Positions 27,727 through 38,057 of a stretch of DNA of 64,000 nt are shown in pieces (positions within the stretch are counted from its first letter, which is position 1; every line of letters begins with the position of its first letter). The stretch comes from a virus. Its lineage: Duplodnaviria > Caudoviricetes. A model generated the notes under the pieces. The model was given only the letters and a program-made list of their open reading frames with translations, did no database searches and was not told the DNA's origin. A program made the position numbers and the translations under genes. The stretch covers positions 4,365 through 68,364 of the IMG/VR virus record IMGVR_UViG_3300049712_000011, one strand, 5' to 3'.

Positions 27727-27878
27727 AGGGTTCTTTAACACCCTCACTTCTCTTGAGACTAATGTCTCCAGGAGAGGACTACATAAGTAGTAACTGTTAG
27801 AGCATTTCGTTCATGGGGTAGGATGAGTAGTCCTGCCCTTTCAAATTTCCCGTCCTAAACCAGTAAATCAAAACACAA

Positions 27879-29498
27879 ATGCAACAAAATCAGATCTCGT
27901 TTGAAGAGAAAATGCGCAGCTACCTGAAGGCTAGCTATCCTTTGCTGTGGGTTAAAACTCACGAAGAGGGTCGCGTGATCAAAGACATCATCAATGCCTT
28001 CGGTGACACCAAAACCCCAATCATCATCTATTCCTGGGATGCTCAGAACAATCTCATGAAGCACAAGAAAGATGGCGGCGGTTGGGAAGAGGTGAAGAAC
28101 CAAGGCAACACCACCCTGATGGAGATCATCAAGGTGTGCCGTAAACTCGGAAGCGCCAATGAGCGTTCTGTGATCTTGATGAAGGACTTCCATGCATACA
28201 TTGAGCATGCGGGACAGATCCGTTTCATTCGTAATGCCATCGAAGACCTGAAGGCTCGTGGCAATATGATCGTGTTCCTGTCGCCGGTGATTAAGATCCC
28301 GGTGGAGCTGGAGAAGGAAATCCAAATCGTGGATTTCTCCCTGCCGGCTGAGAAACACTTGGGTAACGTTCTTCAATCAGTGATCGACACTGTGAAGAAG
28401 AAGTATCCAGAGGACACCGATAAGAGCGGTATCACGCCAGAGGTGCGTACAGCTTCTATCGAGGCTGCAAAAGGTATGACCCATTCGGAGGCCCATGACG
28501 CCTTCTCCCTCGCCATTGTGGAGAACCAAAAGTTCGACAATGGTTTCGTCCTGTCTGTCTTCGATGAGAAGGTCAAGCAGGTTAAGAAGCACGGTTTGTT
28601 GCAGTACATCAAACCTGACCTCTCCTTTGAGAGCATTGGTGGTCTTGACGGCTTGAAACGCTGGATCATCTCTCGATCAAAGGCCTACACGCAAAAGGCT
28701 CGTGACTACGGCCTGCCTTACCCTAAGGGCATCCTGCTCTGCGGTATTCCAGGTTGCGGTAAGACCCTGCTTGCGAAAGCTACAGCGAATGAGTTCGGCT
28801 TCCCACTGTTCCAGTTGGACGTCGGCTCACTGTTCGGCAAACATGTTGGTGAAACTGAAGAGAATTTCCGCCGTGTGGTGGAAACGGTCGATGGCATCGG
28901 TCGTTGTATTCTCTTCATCGACGAAATCGAAAAGGCGTTGAACCGTGATGCAGTGTCTGGCAAAGGCGACACTGGTACGTCTTCTCGCTCGTTCGGTACG
29001 TTGCTGACGTGGCTCTCAGAACACAAATCGCCCGTGTTTGTCATTGGTACCTCTAACGATCACACTCGGCTCCCAGCTGAGTTCACTCGTAAGGGTCGCT
29101 TTGACGAACTCTTCTGGATCGATCTTCCGTCCCAGGCTGAGCGTAAAGACATCTTCGGGGTGTTGCTCAAACGGTACAATATCGATACCAGCAAACTCAA
29201 ACTCGATCAACTGGCTGAAGAGGCCATTGATTTCACCGGTGCAGAAATTGAGAACGTAATCGTCTCTGCAATGTATGCTCGATTTGCTCACGACGGTAAA
29301 CCAGTCAGTACTAACAACCTGGTTGATGAAATCGTCGCGACAACTCCGTTCGCCCAGATGTGCGCGGCGGATCTCGAGAACATGCGGAAGAATGCGGAGG
29401 GCAAACTCCGTGTTGCAACATCTTCAGGTGCAGTTCGAGCCCTGGAAGCCAGTAAGTCAGCAGCTGGTGATCGTAAAGTTACTGTTGACGATTTGTAA
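27879..29498 (+). CDS. Ycf46-like AAA+ ATPase
   Basis: Degenerate N-terminal AAA domain (LMKDFH), GIPGCGKT, LFIDEIEK, SRH RKGRFD. Confidence 0.88.
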   Translation: MQQNQISFEEKMRSYLKASYPLLWVKTHEEGRVIKDIINAFGDTKTPIIIYSWDAQNNLMKHKKDGGGWEEVKNQGNTTLMEIIKVCRKLGSANERSVILMKDFHAYIEHAGQIRFIRNAIEDLKARGNMIVFLSPVIKIPVELEKEIQIVDFSLPAEKHLGNVLQSVIDTVKKKYPEDTDKSGITPEVRTASIEAAKGMTHSEAHDAFSLAIVENQKFDNGFVLSVFDEKVKQVKKHGLLQYIKPDLSFESIGGLDGLKRWIISRSKAYTQKARDYGLPYPKGILLCGIPGCGKTLLAKATANEFGFPLFQLDVGSLFGKHVGETEENFRRVVETVDGIGRCILFIDEIEKALNRDAVSGKGDTGTSSRSFGTLLTWLSEHKSPVFVIGTSNDHTRLPAEFTRKGRFDELFWIDLPSQAERKDIFGVLLKRYNIDTSKLKLDQLAEEAIDFTGAEIENVIVSAMYARFAHDGKPVSTNNLVDEIVATTPFAQMCAADLENMRKNAEGKLRVATSSGAVRALEASKSAAGDRKVTVDDL

Positions 29499-29513
29499 GA
29501 TAGTATATTAACC

Positions 29514-29548
29514 GAGGGTGCCCTGCCTAATAAGTGGGGCACCCTTTT
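29514..29548 (+). terminator. intrinsic terminator
   Basis: GAGGGTGCCCTGC/GTGGGGCACCCTT followed by T run. Confidence 0.7.
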
Positions 29549-29553
29549 GTATT

Positions 29554-30591
29554 ATGAATAACGCGACCTTAAACGATAAGCTAAGTAAGTTTTTCCAGGA
29601 TGGAAAGCTGGTTCACATCCATGTTAAAAAGTGGGGAATGAGTCATCAGCTCACAAAGGAAGACTTAGAGTTGGCTAACCAAACAACTGAAGAGTTGAAT
29701 ACGGAAGCTGATCAAGCTGATCCCGAACCTGAGAAGGTGGATATTAAGGTTGCAGAGTTCATGCAACTTGGAAAAAAGTTTTTGTTTATACCTGAGGTGC
29801 GCCTGAAGTTCGGGCGTATTGAATCTCAGGCCAGAAGGTTCCTAGCAGATAACTCCCATCCGTTTCCAATCACGGATGCGCATTTTGTTCCAGTCAAGAA
29901 ACTAATTCCGGTGATAAACCGGTTAACTCAGTTCAAGGAAGAATATGACAAAGCGACGCAAGAATTCCTACAGAATTACGGTCAGTACAAGAAGGACATG
30001 CGGGAAAAGTATCCTGATAACTGGGCCTCGTTGGAGCCTTACTATCCACAGGTAGAAAGTCTCAGACAGAAGTTTCTTTTCCAGGTGACCTGTTATGAAG
30101 TGGCGTTCCCAAAGAACGTCAAATCACTAACGATGGCTGATATTCATGCTCAGAATATTGCCATTGAACAGGCTCAGGAAAAGTACAGAGCCATCATGGA
30201 TGAGCAATACAAGCACTCCGTCCGTCAGATGGAAGCTTTCGTGAAGGAAGCAGCTGTAGGCCTCCGTGGTGAAATTGTAAAAGTATTTGAGACTATTGCG
30301 AACAAGATTCGTAATAAGGAAGTGGTTTCTACCACAAATTTGAAGACTATCAAGGAGACAATCGAGAGCTTTAATGGTCTCGACTTCTTAGATGACTCCA
30401 AAGTTAAGGCCCATTTGGCTGAAGTTAAAAAGCTAGTTAACTCTGGCGCAGACTTCAGGTCAGATGAGGAGGCGTTGGAACGTCTCAATGCCGCAGTTAC
30501 GATAACGCTGGAAACAGCAAAGAACATGACAGACATAGATGAGATTACGGGTGGATACATCCGTAGGCTTGATGTCGGTGACGATCTATGA
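29554..30591 (+). CDS. DUF3150-like helical protein
   Basis: LGKKFLF..RLKF..IESQARRFL...HFVP pattern; next to AAA ATPase. Confidence 0.5.
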   Translation: MNNATLNDKLSKFFQDGKLVHIHVKKWGMSHQLTKEDLELANQTTEELNTEADQADPEPEKVDIKVAEFMQLGKKFLFIPEVRLKFGRIESQARRFLADNSHPFPITDAHFVPVKKLIPVINRLTQFKEEYDKATQEFLQNYGQYKKDMREKYPDNWASLEPYYPQVESLRQKFLFQVTCYEVAFPKNVKSLTMADIHAQNIAIEQAQEKYRAIMDEQYKHSVRQMEAFVKEAAVGLRGEIVKVFETIANKIRNKEVVSTTNLKTIKETIESFNGLDFLDDSKVKAHLAEVKKLVNSGADFRSDEEALERLNAAVTITLETAKNMTDIDEITGGYIRRLDVGDDL

Positions 30592-30920
30592 TTACCTTTG
30601 ACGGAAATCCATTTCCGCAAGACTACCTTTTCTTCCGTACAGCAGGAAATGTAGAAATCTTGACCATGCCCCTATGCGAGGCCTTTATCGCTGTTAATGG
30701 GGTGATATTTGACCCCAAGTTAACGAGCGAATCCACAATTGCATTCATACAGCGAGAAGAGAATGGCAAAACCTTCAAGTACAACCGAGAAGAGTTTCGC
30801 CAGAGATTGTCCCAGGACATTTATGATGGTAACAAGAAGGTTACCGATTTCATTATTCAGCCTGAAGCTGAACAACTTACAGCGGAAGTTTCCGCATTCC
30901 TTGAACGATACAACTACTAA
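30588..30920 (+). CDS. hypothetical protein
   Basis: 110 aa ORF coupled to previous gene. Confidence 0.55.
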   Translation: MITFDGNPFPQDYLFFRTAGNVEILTMPLCEAFIAVNGVIFDPKLTSESTIAFIQREENGKTFKYNREEFRQRLSQDIYDGNKKVTDFIIQPEAEQLTAEVSAFLERYNY

Positions 30921-30925
30921 ACACC

Positions 30926-31327
30926 ATGAGTCACACAGTTAAAATCCAAACCCAATTCAAACAGATCAACCCACTCAAGCGTGCGTTCGAGCACTTCGGC
31001 TGGAAGATCGTTGAGAATTCCAAAGCCCGCACCTATAGCGGTGATCCTAAGCAGAACGATAAGTACCAGTTCGTTGCAGTCAATCCAGACCTCGGCACTG
31101 ATCGCGTCTTCGACGTCGGCATCAATGTGAATGCCAATGGCGAGATCGACGTTTACGGCGACATGTGGGGCGGCTCAATTTCAAAGTCCCTTGGAAGCAA
31201 CTTGGACAAGCTCCGTCAGGAGTACGCTTATCGCGTGATTGAAGAGAAGTACACATATGAAGGTGCTTCAGTGTTCCGCACGGCGAATCAGGACGGTACG
31301 ATGACCGTCGATGTTGACCTCGCCTAA
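30926..31327 (+). CDS. DUF1257 (Ycf35-like) protein
   Basis: MSHTVKIQT...L..AF, DVG, YGDMW, LRQEYA. Confidence 0.75.
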   Translation: MSHTVKIQTQFKQINPLKRAFEHFGWKIVENSKARTYSGDPKQNDKYQFVAVNPDLGTDRVFDVGINVNANGEIDVYGDMWGGSISKSLGSNLDKLRQEYAYRVIEEKYTYEGASVFRTANQDGTMTVDVDLA

Positions 31328-31359
31328 TTCCAGAACTGAAAACAAATCAAAACCAAAAT

Positions 31360-31632
31360 ATGGCAAAGCAATTTATCGACACTCTTTCCCGTGACCAACA
31401 CAAGAAAGTGGAGAATCAGCTAGTGAGTGTGTTCAAGACTGAACAACCACCTGCTGATTACGTCGAAGTGGTGCCCGACTCCTTGAGACCTGTTGATGCG
31501 AAATTCAAGCTCTACAAAGCTCTGGTTCGTACTGACGTCTATTGTAATGGCGTCAAACAACACATTTCAAATATCCGGCTTAAGCTGGACAAGGGCAATA
31601 ACGTCATTGCCAACAGTATCACCTTTAACTAA
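31360..31632 (+). CDS. hypothetical protein
   Basis: 90 aa ORF. Confidence 0.55.
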   Translation: MAKQFIDTLSRDQHKKVENQLVSVFKTEQPPADYVEVVPDSLRPVDAKFKLYKALVRTDVYCNGVKQHISNIRLKLDKGNNVIANSITFN

Positions 31633-31640
31633 TCTCACAT

Positions 31641-31844
31641 ATGGCTAACAAGCGAATCACATTCCAAATCGGTACGAACGGTAACATTACTGGCACGGAT
31701 ACGTGCGGTATGGGTGCCGGCTGCCAGGAAGCCACTGCCGACATTGAAAAGATGCTCGGTCAAGTGGACGAATCCAGCCGCAAATCTACGGCGGATGCCT
31801 TTGTTAAGGCAGACGACCTGATCCTCAAGCGCGAGCTCGAATAG
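31641..31844 (+). CDS. DUF2997 protein
   Basis: ITFQIGTNGNI...G.GAGCQEATADIEKMLG. Confidence 0.7.
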   Translation: MANKRITFQIGTNGNITGTDTCGMGAGCQEATADIEKMLGQVDESSRKSTADAFVKADDLILKRELE

Positions 31845-32071
31845 TGAAAATCAAGATTGACACCCAAGCCAACGTTGTGGCAGTTTACAATGATAAGCTG
31901 CCCGCGTTGGCCTTGGGCCCAATGGAAGTAAAGCGTGCCTCCAATGTGGAGTTCAACCATGACGCACAGGAATGGGAAGCACGTACTCCTGCAGGCGAAT
32001 TGATTGCCCGAGGAACTAACCGTGATGCAGTCATTAAGGAAGAAGTCCGAGTAATTGAAAGTCGCCTATGA
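31844..32071 (+). CDS. small hypothetical protein of the AAA module
   Basis: KRASNVEFNHDAQEW...RDAVIKEE. Confidence 0.55.
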   Translation: MKIKIDTQANVVAVYNDKLPALALGPMEVKRASNVEFNHDAQEWEARTPAGELIARGTNRDAVIKEEVRVIESRL

Positions 32072-32432
32072 AAAAGTTCAAGCACCAGCACCTATCGTTG
32101 AAGCTTTGGTCTCTTCAGAGGAGGCAATTAAGCAATGGTCAGAGAATCCTAAAACTGTACTAGCCTTGCAGTATTCAGATGTCTCTAGGTCATCACGACC
32201 TGTTAAGTACATTGCTTTGGTTATTCAACTTAGAGCGATGGCGGGTACAGAATATGCTATCTTCTATGGTAATAGAATGGAGATGGGTCTCCTTACTCGC
32301 TTCGCCACAGCGGATGACGCTATTGCTGATTTTCTGAAGCACAAGGAAGATGTTCAAATTCTTCTCTTTGATAATAAGGAAGAGCTCGAAACTGCTGCTA
32401 AGAAGTTTGGGTGGTTTTTCTACTACAATTGA
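32055..32432 (+). CDS. hypothetical protein
   Basis: 125 aa ORF filling the gap before sbcD. Confidence 0.5.
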   Translation: MKVAYEKVQAPAPIVEALVSSEEAIKQWSENPKTVLALQYSDVSRSSRPVKYIALVIQLRAMAGTEYAIFYGNRMEMGLLTRFATADDAIADFLKHKEDVQILLFDNKEELETAAKKFGWFFYYN

Positions 32433-32434
32433 TT

Positions 32435-33586
32435 ATGAACGAGGGTAAGGAACTCTTTACCCTCCAGGATGGGATTGTCGGGAGGAGCTTCATAGCTTCT
32501 TCCGACATCCACTTGGGGCACAAACTATACAATATCCCAGAACTGGAGGATGATCTCACAGACAATTTCATTCGACTTTGTGATTTAGCAATTACAAAGA
32601 ACGTAGACGCACTGGTAATCGTTGGAGACTTATTCGACGACAACCAACCTAAACCTCACATGATATCTCTGCTTAAGGAACAGTCTAATCGATTGCTCAA
32701 AGCAGGAGTTACGCTTGTAGGTATAGCGGGTGACCATGATAAGCCTATTAGAGGTGAGACTTGGTGTAGTGTAGGTGGAATGCAGCCTGTACAGTGTATA
32801 CAAAGCTTTACAGGTGTTGACTACTACGACTATAGCACAAGCACAACCAAAGCTTTAATGGAGCGACTGGTTAGTGGTGAAACAGGTTGGCAGCCCGAAG
32901 CCGAAGAGGTGCATTGGATATTTCTCCATGCTCAGTTTCCCGCGCTGTACCAGTTTACCGAGGCTAAGAAGAAAGTCGACTTTAGTGAAGTTGAACTGTT
33001 TGACCTATTCCCTAATCTACAGGGAGTAATCGCAGGGGATATTCATATTCCCTTGGAAGGAAGGCTAGCGGAGAAAGACCGTGAAGCCTACATTGGATAT
33101 TGTGGTAGTTTGGGTATCATAGACATCTCTGAGATTAAACATCCCAAGAGCGTGCTTTATTGTGATGGCCATAAGCTATACCGACTTCCATTTGCACAGA
33201 GGAGATCTTTTACAAGGATCAACTTTAAAGGTGACAATCACAAGGTGTTCGACCTGGAATCCCACATCAAGTATCACAAGGACTCGCCTTACAGGCCGGT
33301 GTTCTGTATTGACTACGATGCTGATTCTGAGCCTTACCTAAGTAAGATTAAACCTTTGTATAACCTAGGATTTGTCAGGTTGAGTCAATCTATTAGAAGT
33401 GTGAAAACAGGGACAGAAGAAGTCATTAACATACGTTCTGAAATCAAAACTGAAGAAAAGATTGATGGAGCACTTACAGAATGCTGTGAGGGTGACCAGG
33501 AAATCTACAGCTTACTTTCAGAAACGCTTGGCGCAGCAGATCCAAAGTTAAGTCTTGATACCTTCAAAGCAAAGGCATTGGCATGA
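32435..33586 (+). CDS. sbcD: Mre11/SbcD-like metallophosphoesterase nuclease
   Basis: SDIHLG, GDLFD, GDHD, GDIH, YCGS. Confidence 0.85.
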   Translation: MNEGKELFTLQDGIVGRSFIASSDIHLGHKLYNIPELEDDLTDNFIRLCDLAITKNVDALVIVGDLFDDNQPKPHMISLLKEQSNRLLKAGVTLVGIAGDHDKPIRGETWCSVGGMQPVQCIQSFTGVDYYDYSTSTTKALMERLVSGETGWQPEAEEVHWIFLHAQFPALYQFTEAKKKVDFSEVELFDLFPNLQGVIAGDIHIPLEGRLAEKDREAYIGYCGSLGIIDISEIKHPKSVLYCDGHKLYRLPFAQRRSFTRINFKGDNHKVFDLESHIKYHKDSPYRPVFCIDYDADSEPYLSKIKPLYNLGFVRLSQSIRSVKTGTEEVINIRSEIKTEEKIDGALTECCEGDQEIYSLLSETLGAADPKLSLDTFKAKALA

Positions 33587-34125
33587 GCGCAGCAGGAATG
33601 TGGAAAACAATGGATGGCAGAGTAATCAGAATTGCTGAGATGGATGATAACCATGTCAAAAATTCCATGTGTTACCTGTATCGCAAGATACTGGAGTATG
33701 AGGCCAGAGCACCTGCCGGTACCAACGCTGTAGCAGCCAGGCAAAACAATCTAACCTATCTTGGGTTTGTACCTGAATACTACATCAACAAGACTATAGA
33801 ACTAGCTGAGGAAGCCCAACGTCGGAGTATATTACCTACAGGTGACTATACTTATCCGCAGATGATGACGATGATCCAAGCAGTTAACGATCCTATGATG
33901 GCTCGTAGGGCTGCTACTAATCCTTATCGAAACGCGATTCCACAGGCTGAGGTAAGACGTACTAATAATCCTAGTACCATTAACTTCACTCAACTAGTCG
34001 CTGATGCACCTCCAGCTGTAATGTCCATATACGTGGATGTACTTGGAGAGGTTAAGAAGCAGATGGCAATGCCTCCACCTCCGCCACCAGTTAAGGTAGA
34101 TAGGAATCTTTCATTTGAACTATGA
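33583..34125 (+). CDS. hypothetical protein with C-terminal RNLSFEL motif
   Basis: WKTMDGRVIRIAEMDDNHVKN N-terminus; poly-Pro before the tail. Confidence 0.6.
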   Translation: MSAAGMWKTMDGRVIRIAEMDDNHVKNSMCYLYRKILEYEARAPAGTNAVAARQNNLTYLGFVPEYYINKTIELAEEAQRRSILPTGDYTYPQMMTMIQAVNDPMMARRAATNPYRNAIPQAEVRRTNNPSTINFTQLVADAPPAVMSIYVDVLGEVKKQMAMPPPPPPVKVDRNLSFEL

Positions 34126-36185
34126 TACAACTAGATAATTTAATATTGAAGAACTACAAGTGTCATAGGAATCTTGAATTGGATTTTGGATCTGGAGTGA
34201 CAGCTATTGTAGGAGATAACGGATCAGGCAAGTCCTCCGTCATAAGTGCTATTAGGTTCTTGTTTACTGGAGAAGTAGACACAAAAAGTAAACAAGAGTC
34301 TATTACCCTTGGAGAAACCGAAGGATGGGTCAGAGGTACACTTACACTCAACGACAAAGAAGCTGTGCTGGAGCGCCACCTAGCTACGTCTAAAGTAGTT
34401 TTACAGTATGATGGAACTAAATACAACAAAGCCACAGAGGTAAAAGATCTGTGGGCTAAGTTGCTACAAATAGATACCAGTCTGTTTAACAATGTAATCA
34501 TAGCTGCCCAAGGCGACATACCGTTGCTTTTCAGTGGTGATTCCACAGTTAGAGAGAAGGTATTCCAAAAGATTTTCCTAGTTCCTCCTACTGAACGACT
34601 CCGTAGTATCATTTGGGACCAGTACATCAAAACCTGCCCTCCTGAGAAGTTTGAAGAGAATGTAAGCCAGCTACAATCCGAAGAAGCCAGGGTAGCTACT
34701 GTAAGAAATAACATCCTACAGGAGATAGACCAGAAGACCTCAGCTATCCTCAATGACGCATTCCTCAAATGCATCATGGAGCGTATAGCGTTTCTGGAGA
34801 AGTGCCAAAGGGACTCTATTGAGAAGCCTCGCTTGGAACTAGAAGCACGCGGATTGGATATATCTAAGCAGACCCAGGAGATGTGGTATAACACAGCTCA
34901 GAAAGGTTTGGAAGGTCTAGACATAGATGAGCTGACCGCTGCTTACAATCACCTGCTGTCCCAGAAGAAGTTAGCCGAGCATACCCAACTGCTGGAAGAC
35001 GAGCTATTCCGTGTCGAGGCGCAATCTCCTACATATGAGCAGCTGGAGGAAAGCAGAGGTAAGGTAGCTGAAGTAGACGCTGAAGTTAAGGAAGTCTACA
35101 ATAAGCTCGTTACTGCAAATGCTGAGATCCAAAGACTGAAAGAGCTGGGAACTACCTACCAGGATTTGCAAGGTCATGTAGCTTGCCCCACTTGTGGTCA
35201 GGAAATAAAGGACATTGTGGAAGCAATGGCTCACCACGTAGAGCAAGAAGCAGAAGCTCGTAAGATGGCGGTAGCTTGCAATGCTAAGTATACTGTTGCC
35301 AACAAAAGGCTACAGCGACTCACTGCTGACCTTTCATTAATGGAAGGACAGTACCAGAGAGTAAGCAATCTCAAGCAGCAGCTATCCAGATACGATGACA
35401 TAACTTACTCACAAGAGGAGTTAGACATTTTATCGAAGGCGATAGATACCTATAAGTCTGGCACTAAGGTTTCAAACGCTGCGGAGCTAGAGTTACAGAA
35501 GATTACAGGGCAACTCGCACTGAACGCCGAGAAACAAAAAGGCTTGGCAGTGTATGATGGGGACGCATCCATTGAGGAAGAGTTGACCACTATGCGTGAA
35601 GTTATTGAGGAAAACAAGAAACGGATCGCTGCTTTAGAATCTTTACGTGTTGAGGAAGCCAAGTTACGACACGAACTTGAGTTGCTAGAACAACGTATTG
35701 AAACCTCATTAGAGAACCACAAACACAACGAGAAGCGCAGGCTGTACATCGAGAAGATGCAAAAGGCTTATGACATTCTCCACGTTTCTAAGTTCCCTCG
35801 TAAGCTCATAGAGAGCTACAGTGAACATGTCCAGGCACACTTGACCAAGTACCTGGATAAGTTCAACATTCCTTATAGGGCCAAAATCGCAGAGGGCTTC
35901 AGGATCCAAATGTTAAACACGGAGAACCAAGAGATGCCTATGGTATCTGGCGGTCAGGAAATGATCGTTGGTATTTGTCTCCGCCTGGCTTTGCACAAAA
36001 TGTTTGCACAATCATTCCCTATGTGGATTGTTGACGAAGGTACGACACACCTTTCCGAGTCTAACCGGAAAGCGTACTTTCGGTTGATTGAAGATATCAG
36101 AACTAACAAAATCGTCAATCAGGTCTTAATCATCGACCACGATCCGCAGCTATCAACTGTGGTAGATAGAACAATACAACTATGA
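34122..36185 (+). CDS. sbcC: Rad50/SbcC-like ATPase
   Basis: GDNGSGKS, coiled coil with CPTC hook, VSGGQ signature, VDEGTTHL. Confidence 0.9.
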   Translation: MIQLDNLILKNYKCHRNLELDFGSGVTAIVGDNGSGKSSVISAIRFLFTGEVDTKSKQESITLGETEGWVRGTLTLNDKEAVLERHLATSKVVLQYDGTKYNKATEVKDLWAKLLQIDTSLFNNVIIAAQGDIPLLFSGDSTVREKVFQKIFLVPPTERLRSIIWDQYIKTCPPEKFEENVSQLQSEEARVATVRNNILQEIDQKTSAILNDAFLKCIMERIAFLEKCQRDSIEKPRLELEARGLDISKQTQEMWYNTAQKGLEGLDIDELTAAYNHLLSQKKLAEHTQLLEDELFRVEAQSPTYEQLEESRGKVAEVDAEVKEVYNKLVTANAEIQRLKELGTTYQDLQGHVACPTCGQEIKDIVEAMAHHVEQEAEARKMAVACNAKYTVANKRLQRLTADLSLMEGQYQRVSNLKQQLSRYDDITYSQEELDILSKAIDTYKSGTKVSNAAELELQKITGQLALNAEKQKGLAVYDGDASIEEELTTMREVIEENKKRIAALESLRVEEAKLRHELELLEQRIETSLENHKHNEKRRLYIEKMQKAYDILHVSKFPRKLIESYSEHVQAHLTKYLDKFNIPYRAKIAEGFRIQMLNTENQEMPMVSGGQEMIVGICLRLALHKMFAQSFPMWIVDEGTTHLSESNRKAYFRLIEDIRTNKIVNQVLIIDHDPQLSTVVDRTIQL

Positions 36186-36319
36186 TTGAAATACTTTGTG
36201 TAGGTGCTGGTGTATTCATTGGCTATGTACTTTTAAACAGCGACCGCAGAACTCGTTTTGTGGCGTCCTGTGTAAATATGGTAAATAGTGTGAAGGACCA
36301 ACCTAAGAAAGCAGAATAA
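36182..36319 (+). CDS. small membrane protein (45 aa)
   Basis: Hydrophobic N-terminus; overlaps both neighbours by 1-4 nt. Confidence 0.5.
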   Translation: MIEILCVGAGVFIGYVLLNSDRRTRFVASCVNMVNSVKDQPKKAE

Positions 36320-37824
36320 TGGACATTGAAGTCACAAGAGTCGATGGGGCGGTAAGGGTTAATCCTGCGCCGCCTTACATCCCGAAGTTCTTGCAGTACA
36401 CTCATAGAGGCTTTAAACGTGAACGCTGGCAGATGGTCAACGACTATCAAAAAAGATTGTTGCACACGCCGCATCCTGATGGAGGAATAGTCACGTTCCA
36501 AGGCTTCTATGATTCTATTGCAGCACTTATCCACAAGCACGGAGACAAGCTAGTCTCTATTGACTTACGGTCTCCAGTTGGTGAACCTGATCTCGTTGCA
36601 GTCAGAGACATCAACTGGGATGCTATTGGTAGCACAGGACCTCGTGACTACCAGTTTGACCCTATTGTTGAGTTCCTGTATAAAGCTAAGGAAACCAGCG
36701 GAATTGTAAATGCTACAGGTGGTTGGGGTAAGACTGTAATGCAAGCTGTGACTTATGCTGCATACAACCACTTAAAGTATGCGATTCTAGCTATCCCGTT
36801 GAAAGCAGTGTATCAGCAGACCTACGAGAAATTCTGTGGGTTGTTTCCAGATAAACATATAGGAAGATGCGGTGATGGTTACCATGATATTTCAGAGGAT
36901 ATCACGCTAACCACCTTCAAATCTTTACCTAAATGCGCCTTGGAGAAATGTGAGTTACTGCTGGCGGACGAGATCCAAGGTACCACTGGAGACAAGATCA
37001 TGGAGGTCTTGACAAAGGTTCAACCTAGGCGTATGTTTGGCTATACGGCGACTGACCAAAACCTATTTAACAACGCCGATAAGCTAATCAAGGGGTTGTT
37101 TGGAGAACGACTCATATTCGTTCCATACGAGGATGCTCAAGCTGATGGAGCAGTAGTTCCTTGCGTAGTTTACATGGTTAAGATGCCCCAGAATCATTTC
37201 ATTGATGCTGGAAGTATCGAAGGTAAATTCATGAAGGGGATTAAAACCAACGAGGTTAGAAATAAGCTCATAGGTGACATCTGCAGGAAGATGCCGGAGA
37301 ACTGGCAAACGATTGTGTTTGTAGATCACATCGAGGATCACTTGGTAAATCTATACAAGCACCTGCCTAACGGAGCTAAGTATCTACACCGAGGCACCAG
37401 CAAAAAGAAACTAGGAGCTTACGCACTAACTAACACCCAGCAGGATAAGATCATCGAAGAATTTAAAGCCAATGAATTTCAAACGTTGTTGGCCACAGAT
37501 GCTTTCCGAGCAGGTGTAGACGTTCCCAATTGTCGTGTTGTCGTTCAAGCGGCGGGAGGAACTAGTGAGATTGAGATCCTACAAGAGGCTTATCGTGGTA
37601 GCCGTACTCTACCAGACTATTTGAGAGAAGAACTAGATGTGCCAGAAAAGACACATTTCGTACTTATTGACTTCATTGATACCCATGACACTGTTTTAGA
37701 GAACATGAGCTATAAGCGCATGGACATCTATAAGAAACAGGGCTGGGTAATAAAGGAAGTTGAATCTCTGAATGAGATAGATTGGCATGACTACGAAAGC
37801 CACAAAGTAGCTAAAACATTATGA
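36319..37824 (+). CDS. SF2 (UvsW-like) helicase
   Basis: ATGGWGKT, DEIQ, GYTAT, GVDVP, QEAYRGSR. Confidence 0.85.
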   Translation: MDIEVTRVDGAVRVNPAPPYIPKFLQYTHRGFKRERWQMVNDYQKRLLHTPHPDGGIVTFQGFYDSIAALIHKHGDKLVSIDLRSPVGEPDLVAVRDINWDAIGSTGPRDYQFDPIVEFLYKAKETSGIVNATGGWGKTVMQAVTYAAYNHLKYAILAIPLKAVYQQTYEKFCGLFPDKHIGRCGDGYHDISEDITLTTFKSLPKCALEKCELLLADEIQGTTGDKIMEVLTKVQPRRMFGYTATDQNLFNNADKLIKGLFGERLIFVPYEDAQADGAVVPCVVYMVKMPQNHFIDAGSIEGKFMKGIKTNEVRNKLIGDICRKMPENWQTIVFVDHIEDHLVNLYKHLPNGAKYLHRGTSKKKLGAYALTNTQQDKIIEEFKANEFQTLLATDAFRAGVDVPNCRVVVQAAGGTSEIEILQEAYRGSRTLPDYLREELDVPEKTHFVLIDFIDTHDTVLENMSYKRMDIYKKQGWVIKEVESLNEIDWHDYESHKVAKTL

Positions 37825-38057
37825 TGGAACTGACTATTGACAACGAAGTTAAAGTTATGATGCATGGCGTCCCAATGTATCCTCAAAATGTAACGATGAG
37901 CTCACGTAGTGAGGGTGCCGGCGTCGGGATGCATAAGGTCGATGTCTCTTTTACTATAAACGTATTTGAACACGATAGGGAGCGAATGCTGAAAAACATA
38001 ATTGCTGCCGCGAATCCACCCAAGGAAGGAGAAAGGAATGTCACCCTAAGTCTATGA
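37821..38057 (+). CDS. small protein with C-terminal RNVTLSL motif
   Basis: 78 aa ORF coupled to neighbours. Confidence 0.6.
   Translation: MMELTIDNEVKVMMHGVPMYPQNVTMSSRSEGAGVGMHKVDVSFTINVFEHDRERMLKNIIAAANPPKEGERNVTLSL

Noticed and set aside
27752-27840. Hairpin AGGACTAC/GTAGTCCT upstream of the AAA ATPase as an ncRNA
   Set aside because: A single stem with an unstructured interior; not enough evidence beyond a generic leader hairpin.
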